Shown: in pieces, positions 37,060 through 49,109 of the stretch
Layout of the letters: the number at the start of each line of letters is the position of its first letter
Numbering within the stretch: the first letter of the stretch is position 1
Assembly (NCBI RefSeq): GCF_006345805.1
Contig: NC_042999.1
Coordinates: 100,626,001-100,690,000, forward strand
DNA: 64,000 nt
Source of the DNA: Octopus sinensis
Taxonomy: Eukaryota
Direction: 5' to 3'
Translations under genes and position numbers: made by a program
The notes under the pieces: generated by a model
Told to the model about the DNA's origin: nothing
Databases searched by the model: none
Seen by the model: only the letters and a program-made list of their open reading frames with translations

Positions 37060-38423
37060 CCAGGCATACAAATGAGAGAAAAAGAAAACATACTCCCTTC
37101 AGGTAGATGGCCCTGCTCGATGTGTAGAAAAGGCATAGATAAAAACTCTATAAGATGTACCCAGTGTAAGCTATGGACACATAAGAGGTGCAGCAATATC
37201 AAAGGAAGGCTAATTTGTATGTGGCAGATGCTCAGGAGCAATAAACACTAAAAATGTGCAGAGAACAACTTCTGTCACATTCCAGGGAGAAAATCTAGAA
37301 GTAGTTGATAGCTTCCATTACCTAGGTGACCAAGTCAGTAGCGGGGGAGGGTGCACTGAAAGTGTAGGTGCTAGAATAAGAATAGCCTGGGCAAAGTTCA
37401 GGGAGCTGTTACCTCTGCTGGTGACAAAGGTAGACAGTATGACGCATGTGTACAAACAGCCATGCTACATGGCAATGAAACATGGGCTGGGACTGCTGAG
37501 GACATTTGTAAGCTTGCAAGGAATGAAGCCAGTATGACCTGATGGATGTGTAATGTCAGTGTGCATACTCAACAGAGTGTAAGTACCTTGAGAGAAAAGC
37601 TGGACCTTAGAAGCATCAGATGTGGTGTGCAAGAGAGACGACTGTGCTAGTATGGTCATGTGGTGAAAATGGATGAGGATAGCTGTGTGAAAAAGTGCCA
37701 CGCCCTTACGGTTGAGGGAACCTGTGGAATAGGTAGACCCAGGAAGACCTGGGATGAAGTGGTGAAGCACAACCTTCGAACATTAGGCCCCACTGAGACC
37801 TTTGGAAATATGCAGTGCTTGAGAAGACCCGGCAAGCTGAGTGAAACCATAACCTTGTGGCCTATGCCAGGGGTGTAACCAGCCCACTTATGCATACCTT
37901 TCCTTCATTGGACACTAAACACTGCTTGCGAAGACCTGTTGAGGCAAGTGAAATCGAAATCGAAATCAAATTCGATGACTGGCATCCGTGCTAGTGGAGC
38001 ACTAAGAGCACCATCCGAGCGTGATCGTTGCCAGAGCAGCTAACTGGCTTCCATGCCGGTGGCATGTAAAAGGCACCATTCGAGCGTGATCGTTACCAGT
38101 GTGAAAAAACATTTGAGCGAGGTCATTGCCAGTGCCGCTGGACTGGCTCCTGTGCAGGTGGCACGTAAAAAACACCATTTGAGCGTGGCTGTTGCCAGTA
38201 CCGCTTGACTGGCCCTTGTGCTGGTGGCACATAAAAGCACCCACTACACTCTTGGAGTGGTTGGCATTAGGAAGGGCATCCAGCTGTAGAAACTCTTCCA
38301 GATCAAGATTGGAGCCTGGTGCAACCATCTGGTTCGCCAGTTCTCAGTCAAATCGTCTAACCCATGCAGGCATGGAAAGCGGACGTTAAACGACGACGAT
38401 GATGATGATGATGATAATGATGT
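37060..38423 (+). mobile_element. 5'-truncated RTE-clade LINE (RT C-terminus with PHD, 3' UTR, (GAT)n tail)
   Basis: LEVVDSFHYLG, RIRIAWAKF and GRPRKTW motifs; GAT tail. Confidence 0.88.
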
Positions 38424-39696
38424 ATAAAAGAAACTCAAAACAGGAAGATGGAGTGAATAAAAAAAAATTTGCTAAATAAAATAACACTTCCTAAGAAAAA
38501 CTTAAAAGAGGAAATGTTATAGGGAATTAGTAAAAATGGTACACCCCTCCCACATGACGAATGGAGTAACCTAGTCACTATAAGTAAAAAAAAAACTGTA
38601 TCTAAAGTATCAGAGTACATAGTAGATGGTCAGAGATAGTCGTGTCTTTATTAGTTTTACCAAGTATACTGTATACCAATGTGGGCATTACATAACTCCA
38701 ATATTTTAAGGATTATAACAAAAACATTATACCATGATATTGGAGAAGCAGTAGGAAACCGATTTACTCTATACATCATTGAATCAGTCATTGAAACCAT
38801 CTGCTTTAGGTTTCTGATGAAGAAAAGACAACAAAGATATGGCTATTCCCTTCTGTTGGTACCAACTGTGATGTTTCTATATATTTGAAAAAGTTTTTGT
38901 GCTTTAACATATTATGGAATTTTGATTTCAAAAACTCCTTCCTTAATAAATATTCACGACTGATTTCCAGTTGCATGCACAGAAGATAACAAAACACTCA
39001 AGTCTTTCAAATCAATCAGCTAACTGATGGTGAGAGTGATTTCCCTTTGTAGTACATAGTAAATTTTGACTCTTCTATAGGATGGCTGGTTTGCTTTAAG
39101 GCCAGGACAGTCTTAGTATTACATTTCTTGAATCATTCATTTCATGTTTCTTATACAATGTTCTTCTAAAAATTACTGTAAATAGAAATATAATATACAA
39201 TGCAATTGATTTCACCTCCACTGACAATCATGATTATAGAACCATTTAAAATTTGAAATACTATCATTATATATCTACTATTCAAATCATTAAGAATTTT
39301 ATGTCTCTCTACTGTGTGTTCATAAAGAATTCTGTAAGATTTAAAACCTCTTATTATACCATAAACAGGAAAATTGTTCATGAAAGTAATACTCCTTGGT
39401 TATTAATTTTTCATCACTTGACTGAAAGTTTTCATTTTTTCAAGACAGATTATAACTTATTGGTTTGATGTACATTTATCCTCATCTCTGTTATATTCTT
39501 TATATGAAGTGATAGCTAAGTAAAAAAAAGTTTTAAAGAATATGATTCCAACCATAAATATTGAATACATAAGAAATAATAGCTGTATTTTCAATAGACA
39601 AATAAAACATTTGTTACACATAGTGTTTTGTTATATATTTTTATAATTTTAACTGACTATTCCAGTTACTATTCAATCTTATGTTCCAAATTTTCA

Positions 39697-39727
<31 letters not shown>

Positions 39728-40581
39728 GCTATTCTTTTACAATCTCTACAATGTTTTATCCTCTTAAAGATGCTTGCTCAAGGTACTGTACACATGATGA
39801 ACCCCAAAACAATATGATTGTGATGCAAACTTTATTATACCCATAAACAATAAAGCATTAAAGAAAATACCATACAGTATATATTTTGCCCGGTTATAAC
39901 CTAAGTTCAAATACTAATTAGAGTTAACTTTGCTTTTTCACTTTCCACCATCATCATCACAACCACCAACCACCACCATCATTGCCGTCATCATCGTTGT
40001 CATCATCATCGGTCTCATCACTATCATCATCATTTAATATCCATGTTAGCATAGATTGAATGGATTGACAGGAACTGGTAGATTTGAAGACTGCACCAAA
40101 CTGTATTGTCTGTTTAGGCATAGTTTCAAACATCAACCACATGCAGAGTGAACTCAGTGCTTTTCATGTGGCACCAGCACTAGTGTGGTTACTAAGTGAC
40201 TTGCTAGACAAGATCCTTCAACTAAGTGTGCATGTGTGTGTGTAGTAGTATTGAGTGGAGTGGCTTTGTCCCAAGTGATGGCACATTAGAATACGATAGA
40301 GGGACAGAAGCAGGTGTCTTGCAGGAAAAGAGATATATGGCTACTCAGATGGAAAGGAGAGGGATGAGAAAGAAGATAGAAAAGATGTATCAGGACCTAC
40401 CCTCAAGTTACAAGAAGGTATATATTTTTAATTATTTACTGCTCATACATTAAATATGAAAGCAATTAGTTACCTATTATTTTTTCAAGAAGATATCTAT
40501 GAGTAATTCCCCTCAGATTTGTTTATTTTAATATGCTAATTCATAATTAGTTAATAATTAATTTCTTACTTTGGTTGATGC

Positions 40582-40915
40582 AGCAACTTTAATTAACTTC
40601 ACTCAGTTACCAATAATCATTTTACAAACACTGAAGCAGTTAAGTTACAAAGGATTGGATAGTGTAAGTGGACAGGTAAGAACATGAGATTGCAAAAGGA
40701 GAGTGAGAGATGGAGAGGAGGGAATGCAGGGAATGAGCACAAGTGAAGAGAAGGGATGCTAGGAAGATGAGTTGTTGGGGAGAGATTCATCAAGGACAGA
40801 TTGTTTGCAGGGGCATAAACATAAATGACATGTTTTTAGGGCTTCGGTTTTACTTAGCTATTTCAGAGTTTGTAAAATGATTATTGGTAACTGAGCGAAG
40901 TTAATTAAAGTTGCT
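40582..40915. mobile_element. Inverted-repeat element (~65-bp arms, ~200-bp purine-rich spacer)
   Basis: agcaactttaattaacttcactcagttaccaataatcattttacaaac versus its reverse complement at 40852-40915. Confidence 0.7.
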
Positions 40916-43304
40916 ATCTTAATAATACTTATGCTGTGAGGAAAAAAGAGAAAAATAACTCAATGACTGATATTATTTTAGTCATTTCAGCCAATATGAG
41001 AAATGACTTTGGACATGCTTGAGGTTTTTAGACCTTTTTAGCAAAGAGTGGACATAACATACTTGCCAAAGTAATAAATTTGAAATATGTTGGAGTTATG
41101 ACGGTGATGATTAGTTCTGTGATATTATTGATTTGTCAGATGATCCCTGAAGTACTGGACATCATAGGGTGATTCAACTGAAGGAATACACTGAAATGAT
41201 TTCTATTGCTTTCCCCAGGATCCATAAGAAGATTGAACTCAGTATAGCTAATCAACAAAATACTAATCAATCTTGCAATGCTACTGTCTCTGGTTGCTAC
41301 AACTGTGAACAAACCTCACTTTGGGGTACCTACTTAATGACAGATGAGCTTGATCAGTGAATTTAAGTGATTTGGCCATAATAAAGGAGACGGACAATAA
41401 TCAGGCATGAACTGTAAATTTGTTGCCTATTACCTAAATGAAGTAGCTACTTCAATTCACTACAATTGTAATTATTAAAGAAAAAAAAAGAAATAGACAT
41501 CTTAGTGAAGACACTAAGCCTAGAAGTTTCGATGTTCAGCTTATAATCATGGATTGGGTAGCTTGTCTTCTTCAGCAAGGTACTTCATTTCACATTGCTT
41601 TAATCTGTTCAGTTGTAATAAGTACCAGCTAGGTATTGGTGCAGCCTCCTGTCTTTCAAGCTATTATGTTCTGGTTGTCCTGTCAGGTCAACTGCTCACA
41701 ACTACAAAGGCACCTAAAACACTTAATAAAAGCATAGCACATGTTATCAAACTATATTTGCTCATGACAACTGGCTGTGCTGTATTATATTATCTTAGCA
41801 TTTCATTCACTTTGCTTTTAGATTTGATTTTATAAATACTGGTGTATGCCAGTGTATCAAAAATGTGATTTAATCATTTCATAAAATCCTGCTTGATAGA
41901 TTACACTTTTGATGCTAAACCACTTGAGATGACACCTGTGGTTTAAAATTCATGTTTAAAGTGAGCAAAATTAAAATTTCCCATTAAAATTTCATATTAA
42001 TTTTTGGTCCAAAAATCAGTTTAATAATGACAATATTCTGATATATTTTACAATTCTGATATTTTCTTACAATATTCTTCATTATTTTCAAAATTAACTG
42101 AAACAAAGAGAGTGTATTTGAATATCAAAAAAAGTAATAAAAGTATTAAGTACCACACTGAAATAAATATAATAGGGTCAACATGACTGATTAAAGCTCT
42201 TGAATGCAGTGCACCAGTAAGAAAAAAAATGGATGATTACTTCAAATTTCTCACTAACAGTTTTCAGCTTAAACCCAAGGTCGTAAGAGTCCAGATGGTT
42301 CATGTAGTTTTTTTATGTCATTTTAGGAATAGATATTTTACTTATATTTTTTTAGTAACACATATGGATCAGAACAATAGTTGATAATGAATTATTGTTT
42401 CATATCTACAAGAAACAATTAATATTTGTCGATAATTATTATTTTAACAGATAACATTAAAAAAAAATGGAATCCCACTCTATAAATCTTTAAAACTGAA
42501 AAAAAAAATGTTATCATGTGTAATAATTAAAACAAAAATCTAGCTTTGATATAAGCAGAAAGTTGAGTTCATTCTAAAATATTTGCTTCTGAAATGAAAT
42601 CATAAACAAAAGACAAAAATAATTTATGAAATTTTATGAACAATATTACTCAATAACTTCTATTTAAATTTTTGCTTAGAAATTTCAATTCAGAATTTAT
42701 AGCTTTTGTCTTATCAATATTTCAATAGAACATCATTGGAAAAGCTATTTACAATTATATTTCCTATAATGTAGTTTGTTCAATATTTTGTATGTAAAAC
42801 AATTTTTTTTTATTTCAGACAAAAAAGCCATCACTTTTCTTCAACCAGCAGTTATAAAGGTGTATAAAATACCTATTAAATATATTTATTAATGTAAAAA
42901 TACATACCTTTTCCAGTCATAGATATATATTTTTTTCTCCCTTGAGTAATAGTTTTCTTTTTTTGTCCCTCTAACACTCAAATGATTGTAGCTTAGCTAT
43001 GCTGGAAATTCTGAAAGTAATGAAAATAGACAATATATGTTGTCTATGTCCAAGTCATAATTTATGTGTATTTCTAAACACAACTGTCACTTGTATATAA
43101 TCTGTTGCTTCTGTAGGTATAGGTGAGTGTAAATATATGCCTATATGTGTTTATTTGTGAGATCTCAGTAAACCTAAAGGCTATTTCTTCATCTGAACCT
43201 TCAAGGAGAAAAATCAATAGAAAAAAAGTAGTTTGGATCTTGTGAATACACATGCATATGCACATACAAATTTTTGTGTGCATGTGTGTGTGTGTGTGTG
43301 TGTG

Positions 43305-43362
<58 letters not shown>

Positions 43363-43631
43363 GTGCACAGGGTGTAAATGAAATGAAAATGTGTTAAGAG
43401 AAATACTTCAGAATGGTCAGTGGCATATTCCTGAACAACAAAAATGAATAAGGGCATATTTAATACCATTCAATATAAATTCTTGATTTACTGTAACTAT
43501 CTCTGTTTCCAAAGAAGGTAGAACAATTACTTGGTGGCAATTGGAACTGACTCCAAATGAGAACTGGAAATAAACTCAAAAGTAAAGAATTCTCCAAAAT
43601 TGAGTTGTTATTAAAGAAAAGACAGTCTGTC

Positions 43632-44153
43632 CATGTCTATAAATAACACCCCTCCACCTCCCACAGAACACTAACAAAACTTTTCTTCACCTGTTAGGCA
43701 TACCTATATATAACACCCCTCCACCTCCCACAGAACACCAACTAACAAAAATTTACTTCCCCTGGTAGGCATGCCTATAAAGAACACCCCTCCATCTCCT
43801 ACAGAAAATCAACTAACAAAAATTTACTTCACCTTATAGGCATTCCTATAAAGAATACCCCTCCATCTCCTACAGAACACCAACTAACAAAAATTTACTC
43901 CCCCTGGTAGGCATGCCTATAAAGAACATCCCTCCATCTCCTACAGAACACCAACTAACAAAAATTTACTTCACCTGATAGGCTTGTCTATAAATAACAT
44001 CCCTCTAACTCCCGCACAACACAGGCATGCCTATAAATAACACGCTTCCATCTCTTGCAGAACACTAACAAAAATTTACTTCTCCTGATAGGCATGCCTA
44101 TAAATAACACCCCTCCACTTCCTGCATAACACTAATTAACAAAAATGCTCTTC
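43632..44153. repeat. ~71-bp minisatellite, ~7.5 copies
   Basis: ctataaa(t/g)aacacccctcca..cagaacaccaactaacaaaaatttact unit. Confidence 0.9.
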
Positions 44154-44183
44154 ATTAAGTTCACTTTAAGGATGACTAAGTGG

Positions 44184-44272
44184 ATGAACCCTGATGAAGC
44201 AGCACTGATAATAATGCAAGGATGCATCTGCAACTGTGAGTAGTCAATGCAGTGGAAACACACGTAGGTCAT
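44184..44272 (+). ncRNA. Minimal type I hammerhead ribozyme motif (partly degenerate stem II)
   Basis: ATGAACC-CTGATGA...GAAAC-ACAC-GTA-GGTCAT. Confidence 0.5.
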
Positions 44273-44555
44273 TATAATATTGCGCATAGAATTATAAAAT
44301 AAATTTTGTGGATGAACAAGTCTCCATACTCTTTATTATCAATAATAATATATACTCCAGACAATTTTTACAGTCCAGCGAAGCATACACAGAATAACCC
44401 ATTGGAAGAATTCACAGAATGACTAGCAACAAATAGTAGTTGCAGAAGTTAAATACCAATCGAAGTGGTTAGCTGTTAATTGGAACTTAACTGAAAGCCA
44501 GTGTGGTATCTGCCCAGATAACGTATCCCTTTAAACTCATATTCTTATATATATA

Positions 44556-44659
44556 GCAAATAAGAAAATGGAGGAACACAATAGTTGGTTCATCAACTTT
44601 AGGACAAATGTCCTAAAGTTGATGAATCAACTATTGTGCTCCTCCATTTTCTTATTTGC
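44556..44659. repeat. Near-perfect hairpin, 51-bp arms
   Basis: Centred at 44607/44608. Confidence 0.92.
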
Positions 44660-44835
44660 AAAATAAATTAATGGCAAAATATCTCTTTACCTTCACCCAT
44701 TTAATACACTAGGTAAGTTAATTGCAATGCAATAAAAAACAATTGTGTATTAATAATTGGGTATCATACCAACAGTATATTGGATAGATATTATCCCTTA
44801 GTGGGTTGGATCCACAACCCCTAACTTTCTTGGAG

Positions 44836-44837
<2 letters not shown>

Positions 44838-44877
<40 letters not shown>

Positions 44878-44888
44878 TATATATATAT

Positions 44889-44964
<76 letters not shown>
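44838..44964. repeat. (TA)n(TAGA)n microsatellite
   Basis: Seen directly in sequence. Confidence 0.95.
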
Positions 44965-44965
<1 letters not shown>

Positions 44966-45750
44966 TCGTGTTGATAGCAAACTGTGAGAATGAGTGCTCA
45001 ACACTGCATTGGTAGTTAAATATTCTTTATTTGTGGGTTAACCAATCCACCATTGGTTTCATGTTAAGAGAGGTATATCTCTTAAGGATTTTCAGGTTTA
45101 TTGCATTGGATGTTGATGTTTATCACTATCTTGGATAAAAACATAAAATCATGATAAAAAACACAATATATAATATATACAATATCACTTGACAACTGGT
45201 GTTGGTGTGTTTGCATCCCCATAACCTATATATATTTCAGAGATGTACTTGCATAGCAAACGACCGGATCTGAGATTGTGTGCTGGAATGAAAACAATTG
45301 CAGTGTGAAAGGTGTTTATAAGCCATTTAAGAAACACACAAAAAACGTTAGATTCACTTCAACATTTAAATTTAATTTGCCAAAATATTTTCAATGCTTT
45401 GAGACCATGACCTGTTCACTGACAAAATAGTGAGGGAGAGAGAGAGAGATACATACATACATGCATATATATTACATACACATGCATATGAGTATACATA
45501 CCTGCACATACACTCACACAAAAACTATCTTCCCTCTTCCCAGTTAGCCTTCCTTTGATATTGCTGCACCTCTTATGTATCCATAGCTTACATTGGGTAC
45601 ATTTTATGGAGTTTCTACCTACACCTTTTCTACAGATAGAGCAGGGCCATCTACCTGAAGAGATTTGTGGTTTGTTTGCCTTCCTACTTATTAAGACTTT
45701 TACATATATTTATTAATTTATCTAATTAATTATTTTATTATTGTTATCTT

Positions 45751-45853
45751 TAACCTGAAGAGTGGTTATATTATATTGAAGTGATTTTACTACTACTACT
45801 ATTATTTTTACTATTATCATTTCTTAAATATAGCTACGAAACACGTGTTGTTA
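45751..45853 (+). ncRNA. Minimal type I hammerhead ribozyme, intact core
   Basis: Stem I TAAC/GTTA; CTGAAGA core; 11-bp stem II GTGGTTATATT/AATATAGCTAC; GAAAC-ACGT-GTT. Confidence 0.72.
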
Positions 45854-46069
45854 CTCTACCAAAAATATACGTTTTATTTATTATTTTGCACATTATTTAA
45901 TCATCGTTATATGTTTTATCTTATATTTAATCTTTCTATAATATGCAATTTAATTTTTCATATTGAATTGATAAAAGGTGTTTTTTTCAAATTTATATAT
46001 ATATATATGTATATATGTATATATATATATATATATAATATATATGTGTGTGTGTGCATATGTATATAT

Positions 46070-46300
46070 CTAAGCATGTGTGTCTTTGTGTTTGTGTTTG
46101 TCCCCCATCACAACTTCACAACTGATATTAATGTCCCTGTAACTTAGTGGTTCAGCAAAAGAGGCTGATAGAATAAACACTAGGCGTTAAAACAGTCAGT
46201 CCTGAGGCCAACTTGTTTTACTAAAACCCTTCAAAGTAGTGTTCCAGCATGCCCACAGTCAAACAACTGAAACAAGTAAAAGAATAAAAGAACAAAAGAA
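46070..46300 (+). mobile_element. 3' half of a tRNA-derived SINE
   Basis: Homologous to 26520-26718. Confidence 0.7.
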
Positions 46301-46639
46301 TATACATACACATGCACCTCACCCCCACACACATACATACATTTACACATACATATATTCCTAAAAGATTGCGAGGAATAATTGCAACATGATTTTTATA
46401 ATATTATGGTAATCATCCTCTAAAAGAAATATCATAATTTTGAAAACTATAAGATTCTTGGAAGTTTACAGGGAACCATAAAATACATAATTTATTTCTA
46501 TGGAAATTGTATTTTTCTGAAGTCTTTAATTCATAAAGTAGTAAAAATTCACATTGATGATACTGAATATACAGTCTTTCATTGGGAGAACATCATTGAA
46601 AATTACACTCTTTATTTTACCCTTGTCACCTTAAAAGTC

Positions 46640-46836
46640 ATGCAGGTGGCACGTAAAAAGCACCCACTACACTCACGGAGTGGTTGGCGTTAGGAAGGGC
46701 ATCCAGCTGTAGAAACATTGCCAGATTAGACTGGAGCCTGGTGCAGCCTTCTGGCTTCCCAGAACCCCGGTCGAACCGTCCAACCCATGCTAGCATGGAG
46801 AACGGACGTTAAACGACGATGATGATGATGATGATG
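46640..46836 (+). mobile_element. RTE 3' end with (GAT)n tail
   Basis: Shared terminus with the 37060-38423 element. Confidence 0.82.
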
Positions 46837-47649
46837 AATACAAGAAATGAAAGAACTCTTTAAAAAAGTGTTACTGAATTGTGCATAAGAAATTATTGGT
46901 TCACTTTCCTTTGCCTTCCCATTGTTATTAAATATGTAAAATTATTGAAAATAAGTTTAAAAAATAATGTACACAGCAAATGTTTAAAATAAATTTAGCT
47001 ATGGAATGGTATAAAAGACATAATCTGTCTATGCTATTAAACTTCTGCTGTATGACTAAGTTGGTAATACTAACAAATCTTAATATGCTATACTACATCT
47101 TTGTTTTCTGTGGGGGATGAGGTGAACTAGAAATATAGGGTCAGTGACATCAATGGCTGAAGCCCCCTACTGGAAGGCCAGCAGTGAGGGAGGTCACATG
47201 AGTGGAGATAGCACTAGCATGGGCTTCTTTGCTTCGGGACGGTCATGGTGTATGGATATGTGTGGACGTATGATCTGAAGGGAATTTGACATTAGGTTCT
47301 GGCCAGAGATTAGACAGGTAGCCTTTGGATGTAACCCAGCTGGAAAGCCAATGCTGCAAGAGAACCTGAGAGGTAGGGGAATCGTACTTCATTCTTCATA
47401 CTACATTTTTGTATCAGAGAAACATGGATGAACATGGAGTGCCAATCAGATTCTTCAATACTACAATGTAACACATCACAAACCTGAACATTATAAGACT
47501 AAAAAATCTGAATACTGAAAGCTCTAAATAATGAAGAATCATGATATTGAAAATATGAAATAATAAAAGCCATATTACAGTATACCAAACTCAAATGATC
47601 AAACAATTCATGGATAAAATTAGTTACATGTCAACCTCTAACCCCCAAC

Positions 47650-48960
47650 AAGAGAAAGCACCACCAGAAAGTGTTGTGGTTCACACTACCCTTCTCTTTA
47701 AGTGTTAAAAACTCGAGTTGGTAAGATTTTTCTTAACTTAGTGGATAAGCACTTCCACCATACAAATAGGTTCAGCAAAGTATTCAATAGGCATACCCTG
47801 AGAATTTCCCTTGACTGTGCAACCAGTGTAAAACAGATTTTAGTAGGTAGGCCCATACCTGAGATAGATGCAGGATGCTCATGCAGAGGTAACATAACAT
47901 GTCCACTGAACAGCCACTGTAACATGGAGACCATTATATAAGTGGCAGAGGTAACAGCCATAGGACCAAATAGGCAACCAAATGTGCAAAAGTATGTGGA
48001 AGCAACTGAAGGCCCCCTCAGAACCTACTATAATGACCACAAGTCCTCCTTCAACATCCTAGAGCAACATAATGCCACAACCCTGGCCAAGTACATTTTG
48101 TCTTTGGAAGAAAGCACCACTGTGTACAACATAGTGGAAGATTCTAGAGAAATGTAAACCATATTTCAATAGCAGCAAGAAGTGCAGGTTGTGATTTTAA
48201 AGAGCACTCAGCATCCTGAATAGCAGAAGTAAAATTTTTAATCCTTGCCCATATGAAAGGAAGTACATCCTATCATACCTGCATGTCTCATCATGATTAT
48301 AATCATCAGTCCTCTAACTTCGGTCCTCCACCAATACCCTGATGTCCAGCAAAGAGTTTGACTAGAGTATACACTAATCCACCCACAGACAGACATGCAC
48401 GCCCCAACACAGCGGACACCTACCCAATAGACTGTTTTCCAACACCTTCAATATAAACTCGAACACATTGTATCCCTACACACACTGCATGCACGCATGA
48501 AGGCTCCACAAACTTAACCAGTACATAAAAAAAAGAAAACACACCAACGAACAGAGATGTATATGACCACACATCTCCTGCAAAGGTTATACATATAGTA
48601 CCACAACACAAATTCCATTTTCACAAGAATACTTAAGGACACAGACATTTTCCCACAAGGAACTTAAGGACACAGACATTTCCCACAAATACTTCAAGAA
48701 AACTCTTACCAACTCACAGCATAACCACCCCAATGGTGATGCTTAGGTATCAGGGGACATAACTCTTAACTCAATCTGCTACTCATTTCATTTCATCATC
48801 TTTTTCACAGCAATCACAAACTGGATGTGTCTATTCACCTCCAACAATAGAGAGCTATCTCCATATTAGCTACCTCTGATGAGCATAGGGCTGCATAATC
48901 AGATTTTTACCTAACACTCTGTTGAATCCCTAACATGAAACCGATTGGCAAGATCAGCTG
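47650..48960 (+). mobile_element. Penelope-like element remnant: RT thumb, Cys-rich linker, GIY-YIG, 3' region with a degenerate hammerhead
   Basis: KT.VGK.FL.LVDKHF...FNR.T..IS; C.CR...CPL..HC; Y...TE.P..Y..HKSSF; CTGATGA at 48876 and GAAAC at 48937. Confidence 0.78.
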
Positions 48961-49109
48961 TAATGGATATACATATAATACTGTACACTTCGGATAATAT
49001 ACCCACTCTATCAACAGATATACAAATGCATTTTTCCCTGACTTATGAACTTTTAGACAGCTTACACATTTACACACACACTCATATATATATATCTATA
49101 TATATATAT

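Larger units (their letters stand above)
33935..38720 (+). mobile_element. Mag-type Ty3/Gypsy LTR retrotransposon, RT/RNaseH deleted, three nested insertions
   Basis: LTRs 33935-34139 and 38515-38720 (TGTT...AACA); PBS TGGCGACGAGGA (tRNA-Ser GCU) at 34141; PPT aaaagaggaaa; TSD gaaac/aaaac. Confidence 0.9.

Noticed and set aside
43632-44153. CRISPR-like periodic array
   Set aside because: Whole units are homologous with no unique spacers; eukaryotic context and no cas genes. It is a minisatellite.
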